A stretch of DNA of 64,000 nucleotides, from the NCBI GenBank assembly GCA_004764695.1, contig SMSO01000014.1, positions 987,648 to 1,051,647 on the forward strand. Direction: 5' to 3'. Made by a program: the position numbers and the translations under genes. The stretch's first letter is position 1, and each line of letters begins with the position of its first letter. The notes beneath the pieces are model-generated. The model was given only the letters and a program-made list of their open reading frames with translations, did no database searches and had not been told where the DNA came from. Origin of the DNA: Schizochytrium sp. TIO01. Lineage: Eukaryota; Protista; Bigyra: Labyrinthulomycetes. Shown here in pieces: positions 33,641 through 47,375 of this stretch.

Positions 33641-34462
33641 CCAAAACAATCTTACAAGCGGTGTTGAAATGAGAAAAAACCAAATCTATTAAATGCGTTC
33701 ATTAGTAAACCAAACGATCTTACAAGCGGTGTTAGAATGAGAAAAAACCAAATCTATTAAATGCGTTCATTAGTAAACCAAACGATCCTACAAGCGGTGT
33801 TAGAATGAGAAAAAAAATCAAATCTGAAAAATGCATTTATTAGTAAACCAAACGATCTTACAAGCGGTGTTAGAATGAGAAAAAACCAAATCTATTAAAT
33901 GCGTTCATTAGTAAACCAAACGATCCTACAAGCGGTGTTAGAATGAGAAAATACCAAATCTATTAAATGCGTTCATTAGTAAACCAAACGATCCTACAAG
34001 CGGTGTTAGAATGAGAAAATACCAAATCTATTAAATGCGTTCATTAGTAAACCAAACGATCCTACAAGCGGTGTTAGAATGAGAAAATACCAAATCTATT
34101 AAATGCGTTCATTAGTAAACCAAACGATCCTACAAGCGGTGTTAGAATGAGAAAATACCAAATCTATTAAATGCGTTCATTAGTAAACCAAACGATCCTA
34201 CAAGCGGTGTTAGAATGAGAAAATACCAAATCTATTAAATGCGTTCATTAGTAAACCAAACGATCCTACAAGCAGTGTTAGAATGAGAAAATACCAAATC
34301 TATTAAATGCGTTCATTAGTAAACCAAACGATCCTACAAGCGGTGTTAGAATGAGAAAATACCAAATCTATTAAATGCGTTCATTAGTAAACCAAACGAT
34401 CTTACAAGTGGTCTTAAAATGAAAAAAAAAATCAAATCTGAAAAATGCATTTATTAGTAAAC
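33641..34462. repeat. 68-bp tandem minisatellite, 12 copies
   Basis: The unit ccaaacgatcctacaagcggtgttagaatgagaaaataccaaatctattaaatgcgttcattagtaaa recurs, with tacaag at 33653, 33721, 33789, 33859, 33927 ... 34403. Confidence 0.97.
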
Positions 34463-37347
34463 TTCGAGGTCTGTGCGTTGTATTGGAAAGGAAACACTAG
34501 CACAGTCACATCAAAAGATCAAAGCCTAGGCGAGATTTTAGTTGATTCAACAGAACTTTTTGTTTGTTTGTTTTTCATGTAGTATATGCATATGAGAGGA
34601 ATACCAGGCTGTTGAAAAGAACTTAAACGAAGATTTTCCTTTCAAGAGTGAGCTCACGACCTATGTGTAGACTTACACAATCGAATTTGAGTTATAATAT
34701 GGCCGTTAATAATTCTCTTATTCTTTTTATTCAAAGAGTAGATCTAGTTGAGTTTTAAAACGCAGCTATTTTGAGGCCAACGATCCCTTCTGGGGGGGAT
34801 AAAACGTCGTGCCAATCGACTGAGAGGCTCAACGACTGACCTGCGTGGTTCTCCCCATATGTTTGCTTTATTTAAGCACAGTAATAGGCTGTATTGCACT
34901 CTTTTGTCAAGGTGCTAATTTACTACTACTTCAAGCACAAAGAAAAAACAGTTATCAGATCCCATGTAACTGAAAAGTGCATCCTCGATCTAATTGATGA
35001 CTCAAAGAAACAACCATCAATGACTGCCGGAGCATGTGTTCTCATCGAATAGGCTTTCGTCTAGCCATCCCTCTATCTCAGTCAGATGGGTTTTTTCTTC
35101 ACTTTTGTTCACTATGGAAAATCTATTTTACTCGACGAACTGCAACGGAATCAAACGCTCGAAAAGATAGAGATACCAAGTCAGCACGCTAATTGATTTT
35201 ACCCAAATTAAGTTACTCTTCGTGTCACTACGAGGGATTTGGTTGTTAAATGTATAGCTAAAAGAAGCCAGTCTTAGACATCCATTCCTCTCAAGTGCAG
35301 CCTTGAAATACATGAATCGTAGGCTGTGCTACAATAAACAATCGTAAAAGCAGCAACGGCCCAACTGTAGTCATGGCCCGGTCGGGGGCGCCGGGAGAGC
35401 AGTTTTGATGACGTACGTCGTTGGCTGAAGACCACGATTGATCCTCTCCTCGCAAATGGCTTGCTTGTTGTGTCGCGCATACTCGAAAGTCTAAAAGCCA
35501 TCTTTCAGGGGCGCTCAGTCTGGCTACCGCTTCCTCTCATCTCCTGCTGCTCAAAAACGAAAAAGGATCCCCTCGTGTCCCAACTGTCAGAATCGATCTG
35601 CCTCCACCTCTTCTGCACGTTGAACCGATGGCAAGCAAGCAATCCAGCAAGTCCAACACGTATGTGCCATGCATTGCACATACGCTGCTTTGCTCTGCAA
35701 ACCGTGCGACGTTGGCCTCGAAAACGTTGCGAGTTTCAACCTGCGTCTTTCATGTTTAGGTATGCATGCCATGCACTTCATAAGGGACCACGACTCTGCT
35801 GTTCCAAGTATAGAAAGGACCGGCTGACTGATATATATATAAATATCTGCTGTCGCTTTGGGGTTCGGCGTTCTGGGATTCTGAACGTTTGGGAAAGAAA
35901 ACTCAGTTGGACAGCGGAACGATGGCGAGTCAAAGTAAGGCACGTTTCGATCTTCGACATGGGGCGCTTACTTACCATATATATATATTGCAAAAGCCGC
36001 GTTTGGCAAACAATCTTTCAGTTTGTCCTCACTGCTGTTCGTTCTGTTCTTTCGCGCTCCGTCATTCTTATCGCGCGGCATTAATTTAAGCTCCGCGAGG
36101 AGCATATTTAATTATTGTGGCTTTCATGTGCAAAACCGTTGGGGTACTCGTGCCTTCCCTCCCTTCGGTTAGTTCGGATAGGCCTCCGTGTCGCGCAGGC
36201 TCAGCGTCCGTGGCGACTCTGACTTTGTTCTATGGTTTGTTTCCGCCTCGTGCAGGTAGCAGGTTGCGCTGTTTCCATGGTTCTTCTGTCGTTTGCTGCC
36301 GTCAGAGGTTTGCGGTTGGATTCCTTCCGCCACTCAGCAGAGTTTGCTTCATCATCTTCAAGTCTCAGTTTTGTTATTCTTCAACAATTGTAATTTTTTC
36401 ATTGATTCATTTATTTATTCATTCATTCATTTATTGATTTATTTATTTATTTGTTAAATTTTATAATTAACTAAAGGGAAGGACAAACAGTGACAAAAAG
36501 GAACCGCACGGGAAATCTTTTCGCGAGTAGCCTATGAATAGTAGCTTATGAATAAATAGTTCGAGCAGCATTCGAATGTTTGGGACAAAAAGTAGCTGTC
36601 GAATCGAGCTGGTGACCAGGTCCGCGTTGGCGATAGGCTCCGATTCCCACGTTTGGGCTTCCTCATTGGAGAATGCGTCAGGACTGATTGACTTTAAAAG
36701 CTACCTCGCCGTTTTTGGGCCTCTGTCACTGCAAATGCTCGATTTGGTGCTAACAATAGCAGCGAATGACGGATGAACGAGTGAATAAATGAATGAAAGA
36801 TTGGATGAATGGATGAATGGATGAATGTCCCCTTTCAAGGTTTTTAGAAACCCATCTTAGAATAAAAGAGAAAAGGAAAAAAAAAGAAAAGGTCTTTTTT
36901 TTTAATTTTATTTTTTTTAATTGGAGTGGGAAAAGGAACAAACTAAAAAGCTGAAAGAAAATAAAATGCGGCCCTTTTGTGACTTCCACGATGGACAATC
37001 GAGCGACAATTTCGCACTGCATTTCTCCGTAAGAGTCTACATCTATCGTAATTGAAAGATGCAGCAGCGCTAAAAGAATCTTTAGGAGTTGGCGTGTCTA
37101 TCGTGGAAGTTCGGGTTGGTAAGAGCGCAGTAGTATCTACATATTTGTTCGACGCAAAAGATACGAAAAGAGTTATTCTTTCGGCCTTGTTTTGTTTTCT
37201 TTTTTACTTCCAAAAAAAGGAAGAAAAAAAGAAGAACAAAGTCAAAAAAAGAGAAGCAAAGAAAAAACAAAAAAGAAAAAACTGTTGTTATGCTTAACCG
37301 TGAGCGAGAGAGAAAGAGGACCTCATCATCTTCTCCTCCACTCGACA

Positions 37348-37349
<2 letters not shown>

Positions 37350-37379
<30 letters not shown>

Positions 37380-37443
37380 ACAAAGAAACAAAGAAACAAA
37401 GAAACAAAGAAACAAAGAAACAAAGAAACAAAGAAACAACAAC
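37350..37443. repeat. Compound microsatellite (AAGC)n-(AAAGAAAC)n
   Basis: Read directly from the sequence. Confidence 0.9.
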
Positions 37444-38110
37444 AGTAGATACCACCCGCTATTCTTTCGCCTCCGTCAAGTTCGCAGTTCTTGGAGAGAA
37501 TCCTTCGTCAAGTTCGTTTCCTTCGCCAATAAAGCAACAAACAGCGAAAAGAAGGAGACGGCTTTGGCTCCCTCCTGCTTCAAGAACTACCTCACCATCG
37601 CTCTTTGCAGGTCTCTCTGTCTGCTCCACCGTCGTAGCTTCCCCAGACTGACTTTCTGAGCCACGCAAGCGTTGGGCGCCTCTGCGGTGGCTGAGAACGC
37701 GTGTCTTGGCACCGAACCGCGTTAGTCGCCGTTCTCAAGCATCAATCAATGCAATCAATGCAATCCTATGCAATGCAATGCAATGCAATGCAAGCAGAGC
37801 AGAGCAGAGCAAAGCTAGCTAGACGAGATTCACTTTCTCTCCGATTTCTTCGAATTGGCCATCGCACTGTTTGTTTCTTTCAGTCTGCGATCTGTATCGC
37901 TGGAAGCAGCAACCAATTCTCCTGTAGCTGTGTAAGGCGCTGAGGTATTTGACCTCGAAGAAAGCGAACGACTCCCATGTTCCTTCTCTTCTGCAGATTC
38001 CGCCCTGCACTGAACAGCTTCGGCCCCGCAATCTCGCGCACAACGGGGGACCCGACCAACAACCACCTCAGCATCGCGATTCTGCATTCTTCTGGCCTCC
38101 TTCACGCACT

Positions 38111-38164
38111 ACAGATACAGATACAGATACAGATACAGATACAGATACAGATACAGATACAGAT
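38111..38164. repeat. (ACAGAT)9 microsatellite
   Basis: Read directly from the sequence. Confidence 0.95.
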
Positions 38165-38469
38165 TCACATTGACAAGCGATCTGTATGAATAAATAAAAG
38201 AATGGATGAATGAATGAATGAACGAATGAAATTAATTAATTAATTAATTTATGAATCTATGTATGTATGTATGTATGTATGCATGCATGTAATGCACATA
38301 TACGAAGCCAGCGAGTCAGGTACGTGCCAACTTCGCACCCTTGGCCCAATTCCTCTCATGGGAGGCGGGTCTTAGTTGATGCGCTCTCGAGCACACTGAG
38401 AACTCGCGCTACTCTTCATGGATTCATGGAAGAGGGAAGGGAGGCGCTCTTCGTGGAAGACACACCTCA

Positions 38470-38533
38470 GTGAGTGAGTGAGTGAGTGAGTGAGTGAGTG
38501 AGTGAGTGAGTGAGTGAGTGAGTGAGTGAGTGA
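38470..38533. repeat. (GTGA)16 microsatellite
   Basis: Read directly from the sequence. Confidence 0.95.
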
Positions 38534-39412
38534 CTCTTTCACCGTCTCAAGTCTTCACGGACGGCTTTCACGATGTACGCGCGGACTTCTTCTCTCTTCT
38601 TTCTGTCTGTGCCTGTCTGTCTGACTGTCTGACTGTCTGTCTGCACGGGTTCTGCCTGCGACCGCAGCGCAGTCTGTGTCTGCGATGGAGCGAACGGGAG
38701 GGGAGGGAGGGTGCACGAGCGATCAGGAATGCAGGAGGAATCAAGCAAGTAAGCACGCAAGCGAGGGTGGAAGGAAGGAACGAACGGGCGACTGGGACCA
38801 GCCAGAGCAAGCAAGGGTGGGACGTTTGGGGCCGCTGCAAAGGCGTCCGGCGAGGGCCTGCTCGAGGCCGGTGCGACTGCGATGTCGCCAGGCGGTTTTG
38901 GAGCTCTCAGACTCGACCTTGGTCTCTGCCGCTGAGCAAGCAAGAGAACACTTGGGTTTCTTGCTTGCTTGCCGTTGAAGGGTTAGAGTTTGACAGCTAG
39001 CTCTTGACGGCCTCGACGTTTCGCTCCACATCGTTCCATCGTCGCTGTTCAGGTCGCGCGGGAGCCTGGGACAATGCTTGTCCTGCTGCCGATGATCACA
39101 TCGAGGTCCAGATGCAACGAAGCATGCACATCCCACGGAAACCACGCATGTCACGCACCGGGCGGTCTTCTTGAGCTACGACGAAGGACCGATCCTGCCC
39201 TGCTGCCTTGTCTTCTTCTTCGCAAACTTGATTGTGCATCGCGCACGGTTCGGGCTCTTGGCTCTTGTCAGCGCAAGGAGAGGAAGGATTGGCCAAGAAG
39301 CCGAAGTTGCTTGCTCCTTCCCTGTCTGGTTCTCTTCTTCGGACAAGCAAAGGGTCGCCTTCGATCAGCAAAGACGAAGGAGGCTCTTCGCTCTTTGCCA
39401 AAGAAACCGGAT

Positions 39413-39466
39413 TTCTTCTTCTTCTTCTTCTTCTTCTTCTTCTTCTTCTTCTTCTTCTTCTTCTTC
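39413..39466. repeat. (TTC)18 microsatellite
   Basis: Read directly from the sequence. Confidence 0.95.
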
Positions 39467-39852
39467 AATTGCTCCAAGCAAAGCATCGATTGCTCAAAGA
39501 AAGCTCGAACCTCGGCAAAGGCTCTGCAAAGTCCACGAAACCCATCTCAGCAAATGGGGAAAGCAAGCCTGTAAATCCGAGGCGTGAGTACGTGCGTGCG
39601 ATGGTTTTCCTACACGCTCCGTGCGGACGTCTCATGCGCTGGCTGGCTGGCTGGCTGTGGCTGAGGATTCTCGCTTACATCAGTGCTCGGAAGCAGCGGA
39701 GGTTGGTCACCGATGCGCCATCGAAGTTGTGCAATTTATTCCGTCATTATTCTGTCATCGTCCAAAGCAGCCAGGCTGTCTGGTTGGTAGTCCATTTCTG
39801 TATGTGTGTTTGTATAAACCAATCTCTGTGTGTATAAGTGGTAGAGGCGAGC

Positions 39853-39888
<36 letters not shown>

Positions 39889-41537
39889 GGTAAGTAGGTA
39901 CGTAAGGAAGGAATGAAGTCCTGCCTCCATCTTTGTTTGCAGTTGGTTACTTCGTTATTTCGTTATTTCGTTATGCTGTGTTTAGCCATATTTTATAAAA
40001 AGTTATAATTTGGTTATACAAGCCTGCGGCAGGGATGCCTCGAGCACAAGAACGCGATAGAAAGCGTCAGCATGGGATGATAAATTACAGATATCGAGGC
40101 CTTACAAAGAGTTCCCGCTCGTCCTCAGTCGGCGCGTCCGAACCAGAGCAGGGTGCCGAGCACTCTCAACGAACCCAAGACGGGAAAGAGACCAATGGTC
40201 GGCAGGTATCGAATGCTGTTTCCCTCCTTTTGGCTTGGCGTTAGATTTCTGCGTTGCAGCCCTATAGCTAGCAGCTAAAATTTATCGTACTTGCCGTTAA
40301 TTTTGATGCTGTTTCTTTTCGATCAGATATTAAAAATAAAACTTTGAAATAAGAAAGAGCTTCGACTATTATTATTTTATTTTATTTCTATTAGATATTC
40401 CAATTAGTTAGAATAAGCGGTACAAAAACAAAAATACAAAAGAAGTGGAAAGGAAGCATGAGTAAATAAACTATGAGAAAGCGTCAGTCACTTTGGCCGA
40501 AGTTGTGGAGAAAAAAAAAATAAAACTCGCATTTCTCCGTGCAAGGACTCTTTTAAAAGCAGTCGAGGATGCCAGTTCCCCGGCGGGATCGGGAGGGCTC
40601 CGTGCAGGTATTTACCACAGCTACCGCAGTGCTCACCACAGTGGATGCCCGAAAGAGGGCTCTCGACCGCACGATAGCCTCCTTTCGTCGTGCCAGCTTG
40701 TGCGCAAAGCTCTGACCTCGCGCCGATTCGGGATCACCGCAGCCGCTGCTGGTTCTACAAATACCCCTGCAACTGCGACGGACCGAGCGGTTCTGGTCGG
40801 CTCGCTGCATATAGGACCATCCATAGAACTCAGCGCGAAGAATCAATCGTCCCTCCATCCACTCATCCATCCATCCATCCATCCATCCATCCATCCATTC
40901 ATTCAGTCAGTGAGCCATTCAATGAAGAAATCAATGAAAGAATCAATGAAAGAATAGAGCAATGATTAAGGAGACTGCTGCGAACGATGTTTCTACAACC
41001 GACCAAGTCGACGGCTTCTCGCAACCTTTGCGAGATCCAGGATCAGTTATGTGTCTCGACGCCTACCCTAAAACCGGCTGGCTGACTGAGATTTCTTTCT
41101 TTTGTTTTCTTTTCTCTTTCGTTTCGTTTACGTGGTAGCACATAACTTAACAGGGAAACGCCTTCGCACTCGTAGTACTCGGGAAGAAGAAGAAGAAGAA
41201 GAGAGTATGAGAGTGAGTGTTTGGGCGGTTGACATTTGGCGCTGTGCAGCACTTCAGAGAGTCGGTCAATGGTGCCCTTCGAAGCCTAAAAGTAAGAAGG
41301 CGAGAAGGAGGAGAGTTCCAAGGCCGCCTTGAGCTTTCTAGTTAAAAGCTACAGAAGCAGCAAACTGGTTATAAAGCCGCAAATTTGCGCTCATGATACG
41401 CAGAACACGCAGCCGTGTTGAAGAAGCAAAGCTGTTGACCGCGGGGGTCTGCTGTATAAACGCCGCCTCCTCTCGGTGAAAACGCAGGTCAAATCGAATA
41501 ATGAAGTGAACGAATGAACTGATGAATGAGCGAACCA

Positions 41538-41920
41538 ATGAATCAATCCTTCATGAATGAATATATTTATGAATGAACTAACGAATGAATCGAATAATCA
41601 ATATATATTAATTAATGAATGAACTGATGAATCAATCCTTCATGAATGAATATATTTATGAATGAACTAACGAATGAATCGAATAATCAATATATATTAA
41701 TTAATGAATGAACTGATGAATCAATCCTTCATGAATGAATATATTTATGAATGAACTAACGAATGAATCAAATAATCAACATATTAATTAATGACTGAAT
41801 CAATTAATCAATCTATTAATCAATGAATGAACTAATGAATCAATTAATCAATCTACTAATTAATGAATGAACTGATGAATCAATCCATCATGAATGAATG
41901 AATTAACCAATCTATGAATC
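41538..41920. repeat. 89-bp AT-rich tandem repeat (~3 copies plus a degenerate tail) built from TGAA/TCAA/TTAA tetramers
   Basis: aatcaatccttcatgaatgaatatatttatgaatgaactaacg recurs at 41541, 41630 and 41719. Confidence 0.9.
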
Positions 41921-44900
41921 AATAAACGAGCAACATTTCAAGTTGGAAAGTCAAGTCAATACGCCGACAGCTTCGTCTTGTCCAGCTGGAACTGCACGAG
42001 GGCCTGGTGGCTTCGCGTGTGCAGCACCACTTTTTTCCTCACGTGAATGTGCAATCCTGATTCCCGAGGGTTATCTTTCGCGAGGGACGCAGCTTCCTCC
42101 TCCCCAGGCTGTCGCAGCAATCTTCAAGACATCCCTCCCTCACGCTTTCGACTCAGCGGGAGCTGACATGAGCTGACCTGAGCTGAGCTGAGCTGACCTG
42201 AGCCGAGCTGAGCTACTGAAAAGCGACTGACGCGAGAGATTCTCACGTTATGCCGTGCCATGTCCACTGCTACTACAGCTTCTTCTACTTTCAAGGTACA
42301 TAAGCTTTAGAGCTTCTCGTATAACTCCATCGAAGGTTTTACAGCGGCAAATCCGCCGCTTTACTTATTTCACGAATTCTTCTTGAAAGACAGAACCCGA
42401 CTTCGTGTTGATTGGACTTTGGCGAGTTTTGCAGAGGCGAGAGTCAACATTTTGCCGATGGACTGTGTCGGGAAAGAGCGTCCTTCTTGCAGCGCGCCTA
42501 AAAAAATGGAATCGCTGGGCGATTGATCTAAAGGCTGAGGAAAAGCTTGCTTCGTTCAACATCTCCGTAAGATTGTCACCCACGCACGTTTACTGTCTTC
42601 ATATCTTTACATGTTTTTATATGATCATATGAAAGCAAAAGTGGGTGGGTGCCTGCCTACATTCATTTTGTTGCATTCGTCAAAGTTTTTATTTTTATCT
42701 TCATTTATTTTTATAAATACAAAGCTGACTCGTATCCATTCTTCCGCGCGCTTTGGATTGTGCGTGCGTGTCTAAAGCGGGTACAGAACAGAGTAGTAAC
42801 TTCGCAAGTGAAATGGGCTGCAAATAAGTTCAACGGCGGCTCTGAAAGCTGCAAATCTACTACTCCATAAATGCTCAGAGGCAGCAAGGAAGTCCTTAAC
42901 ATTATCAGCGTCGTGCGAAAGTAATGGCGGTGTGCTCTCTTTCAAGGTTAAAAGAGAGAGAGAACTTTGGAACCACGCCAAGTTCAAGTACTTGAAAAAT
43001 GAAAAGGAAACGGAGAAGAGTGAAATAAAATAAAAAGTGAAACGAGTGTTCCCATTTCCCTCTTGTCCGTCAAGTTTCTTCTTCCTTTTCCCTCTACTTC
43101 CTAGTTTTCTCAAAACAAAACAAAGAAATAAAGAAACAAACAAAGAAATAATTAAACTTCCCCCCCTCTTGGCATTTTGATTTGACTTGAGCAATAAGCA
43201 ATAAAGCGGAGGCAGTGTCTTTGTTTCTTTTATCCTTTTCATAAAGTTATAAAAGCCACTTTAAAAATAAATATAAAAATAAATAAATAAAATATTTATT
43301 ATTATAGCGAGATAGATACTTTTCACAAAATAGAGAGAGAGCGAGAGATTCATTGACAGATATACAAAGGAGTGCTCTTTCAGGCTTGTTTCCGGGGCTG
43401 CGCAAAGGGGCCGCTGCAACCTGCGGAGGTGGCAACTCCTGGGCCCCGTATCAAACCAACAAAGCCTGCGTGGAGGCCGTTCATGCTGGCTCGCCACGTT
43501 TGATGTGCCGAGCTGCGGCCTTTATTTGTGCTCTCCTCTGGTAAGCGTGGCTTCAGTTGCTTTCGTCTCATCGTAAGAGCTTCTGAGAGAGCAGACGAGG
43601 CCACCTTTCAAGACAGAACTTGTTCCCAGGATCTGTGGAGGAGCAGGGAAGAAGAAGCAGAAGAGGCAGAAGAAGCAGAAGAAGCAGAAGAAGAGGCCCA
43701 AACCAAAGCGCGGTCTCTCTCTCTCTCTGAAAGGTGCCTTCTCGCCTTTTCATGTTCGGCTTCTGATAATAAAAAAAACAAAAACAAAAAACAAGCAAGT
43801 TCAAGAAAATGGATGGTAAACAAAGAGAAAAAGACAGAAAGCGAAAGTTGTTATATTTTGAGATTGTGTAAACACGCTTATTTATTCTACTTTTTTAATT
43901 TTTTTTTTAAAATTGTTTTTTACCAAAATCAATTTAAAGGAAATAGAGAATCAATTCTCTCGTTTGGCTGATCTTCCGCCTCAGCAGTTGGAATGGTAGA
44001 CTGCTCTTAGCCGGGTACTACCGGGTACTCGGCGGCTTTGCGGCAAAGTCATCCCCACTGCGCTCCCCTCGCGTTCGTCAAAGCGGTCACAGGGAAACGA
44101 GAAAGTCGCCACTGATTTTTGGTTTGGATTTAAAGTAGTTCTATGAGAGGAAGGGAAGCCCAGCCATGGATAGCGAGGACTTTGGAGAACCTAAAATACC
44201 GAAGAAAAGTTACACAGGAGTTGTTGTGTCCTTATCTAATAAAAGCTCGTAAAAAGTTAGTGCTGATCAAGCCTTAGCGCATCTTGGTTTAGCACGTATA
44301 TGCATGCACACGGAGAAGAATAGTTGCAGATGACAGAATTCGAAGCTCCGGAAGGAAGAATGAGAGTGAAGCCTCTTGGCTTCATCAGCCACAAATCGAG
44401 GCCTTCTTCTGTCCTTTCATTTGAAACCATCTTGGCGAGAGAAGAAGAAAGAAAGAAAGAAAAGATAGCAGAACCAATGTTCTTGGGTGGAAGCAACTAG
44501 CTACTTTCTTTACTTCATTTAAAATTTCATTTTTTAAACTCATTTTTTCAATCTCATTTTTCAAGTAACTATTTCTCTATTTTACCATTTAATTTAAAAA
44601 ACAAATATATATATCCATAAAAAGCATGCAAACTAATCAATTGAACTTTCCAATCCATGAGCAATCAAATAACATTAACAGTACTTATAACAACACTAAA
44701 TCACAAACTTAAATTAGACATACATCATTCCAACATTTTAAAAAACTTAAACCTAACCCACGACACTTCCATCGTGAGTCTTTAATTCTCAATTTACACT
44801 CTAATCTGAAAAGCCCGTCAAAAAGCGGAACCCGCCTGCCCTCCTCTATCTACCCAAACAAACCTCTCGAAACAGGCCGGCCAAACCACAGCCAGACAGA

Positions 44901-45611
44901 CAGACAGACATACAGAGACATAGACAGAGAGAGAGAGAGAACTTCTTAAAAGCTTCCCTTCCGCTGTCGCCTTCTTTCAGCCAACGTGGGTGTCGTCGCA
45001 GCGTCCCCCAAAGGTCGCCATAGCCGCGTGGAGCCCATGTAATCTGCGCTCGACGTAAACGCGGTGCGCCAAAAGGTCTCCAGGCCGACACCAATCAAAA
45101 GCAGCAGCGAGCCTCGAATGGAGCTGAGCCATCGAATTTTAGGGCGAGTGATTCCTCGAAATCAATTAATTAATTAATCGGCGGTACAAAGAAAGAAACA
45201 ACCGCCGCCTCCAAGATGCCGCGGCGGCGCTTTTGAGAGCGTGGGTGCGCGCAGTAAATGGCACGCCAGGCAGGACGCCAGCGCTCGCTCGCGCGCGAGA
45301 GGGAGGGAGGGAGATGGAGAGGGACAGAGGGACAGAGGGAGAGAGTCTGTGGAAAGCGGAAGCTGAAAGCGACGCTGACATGAATGACCCGTTTCCTGAC
45401 GGAGGTCGTGGGAAAGGTGCTCGAGGAGGACTTGAAATCTTGAAATTGCAGTTGGTCCACGCGTTGAACGTGCAATCGTGTTTCGTTCACTCGCCCAAGA
45501 AGACGAAGAAGAATTGAAGAGGCATCCTGAAATCCCTGGACCTCAGCGGTGACACGGAGAGCCCAAAGCTTGCCACGCTTGACACGAGACTCGTGAACCT
45601 CTGTGCATCCC

Positions 45612-45638
45612 GGAAAGAAAGAAAGAAAGAAAGAAGGA

Positions 45639-45672
<34 letters not shown>
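45612..45672. repeat. (GAAA)n microsatellite
   Basis: Read directly from the sequence. Confidence 0.93.
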
Positions 45673-45674
<2 letters not shown>

Positions 45675-46976
45675 GAGAAGTCAGTGCTCGCTGTACTGTC
45701 TGTGCTCAGCGCCACCAGTCTCGAGGTGCAGTGCACGGTCGATGCTGCTCGGGACACTCCCAGCTTCAACTCCACTCCCAGCCGGTGCCTCGGGAGCACG
45801 CATCTTGCAGAGCCATCGTTTCTTGTCTCGAAGGATGGATGCATTCTCAGGTCTCAGTTCTCAGCCGGAAACATGACTTCTTCTTCTTCTTCTTCTTCAT
45901 CCTTGAACATGGTATTTAGTTGGTCTCAGCGCGTTTGACGCTCAAGACAGAAGAGAGAGCTTGCGCGAGAATGGCTGGGAGTGAGAAACAAGCAGCAGAT
46001 GCACATACTCGTAAGTCTTGAAGGTCGAATCGAGTCCAATCACTGTTGCCTGCTGTGTTGATCCTCAGAGTTGGACCGGAACAGCAGTCTTCTCTTCTCG
46101 CGATGCGAAGAGAGGTTTTATTTTGGGGTTTCGAGCACAATGGTTCCACTTCGCGCGACGTGCTCAGTTTAGTTTGGTGTTTTACAGAAAAGAGCTTATA
46201 CGTACGTACACGTAGAGATAGATAGATAAATAGATAGATAGATAGCTTGGCTAGTTTTGCTGATTCTTTCCATCTCGCGTATTGGGCGCTTTAAGCGTAA
46301 GGAGTAGGACATACCTACTGCATATCGTATGGACACTCACTCCCTCACTCCCTTGCGACGTGGTGACGGCCGAAGCGTCGCGATGACTGACTTGAGTTTG
46401 GTGTACAAGGAAGCGAAAACTCGAAAGTGAAAACGAAAGCACGATAAAGTAGAGAAGAAGGGTCTTACTGTCTGCCTGACAACGATTCTGAATTCTTTTG
46501 GGGGTCCAGCTAGGTTTGCAATTATTTTTAAATAACTTTTTCCTCTTCTTTTTTGCATGTAGCGACTGCTTTCAATTGTGATGTTCTTATTATGCTCTTA
46601 TCTAATTAAGGGAAATCTCCAAGGCTGAAAGCAGGAGTGCTTACTCTGGCTCTCAAGTCGACATTCGAAGGCGAGCTCATTTCATAATCGAGGTCACTTC
46701 ACTGCCCCTCGATTTGAAGAAATTCGACAGATGATGCTTTGCAGGATAGAATGACTAACTGCGTAATGCTTAGGCTGATGGAGAAGGAGGGTGGGTTGAG
46801 GATGGCGAAATGATTGGACCATTCTGGGCCATTGAAAAATGGACGATGACGGCATTTATCCCGAAGAAGAAGACCAGCAACCGGAAATTTGTTTAGTGCG
46901 CGCATGGAATAGAGAACAAGTATTTGCTGCAAAGGCAATTAGAAGAGAACAATAGAGGAAATGATGATCTTCAGAT

Positions 46977-46978
<2 letters not shown>

Positions 46979-47020
<42 letters not shown>
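46979..47020. repeat. (AT)21 microsatellite
   Basis: Read directly from the sequence. Confidence 0.95.
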
Positions 47021-47022
<2 letters not shown>

Positions 47023-47317
47023 GCCTATCGTAAATAATAATAAATCAGCAGGTTTCAACCAGAAGGAAAAGAGTCAATATTGAAAAGGATAATTAAGTAT
47101 ATCGTCGGTGTCCAGGTAGCTAGAAGATTCTTAGTCTTGCAGGGACGCGCTACAGCACTTCATTTGCATAACCCTGGAGCATCCTTCTTTAAAGCTTCAA
47201 GTATGAACGAATTGGGGACACCAAATTCTCTCATCACTTTTGAACTAGTCGAGTCGAGTACTGGTATGCTCTTTCATTTATTCGTTTGTTATTTATTTTA
47301 TTGACTAAGTTATTGAG

Positions 47318-47375
<58 letters not shown>
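47318..47375. repeat. (TTAC)n microsatellite
   Basis: Read directly from the sequence. Confidence 0.95.

Noticed and set aside
33641-34462. CRISPR-like regular repeat array
   Set aside because: The units are head-to-tail with no unique spacers, there are no cas genes and the context is eukaryotic. It is a minisatellite.
42168-42215. GAGCT pentamer runs resembling Ig switch repeats (also near 18220)
   Set aside because: Short simple repeats, and no relevant machinery is expected in a protist.
30899-45796. Shared 16-mer gccggtgcctcgggag at about 30899 and 45781
   Set aside because: One 16-bp match in 64 kb is roughly expected by chance, and the flanks do not extend.
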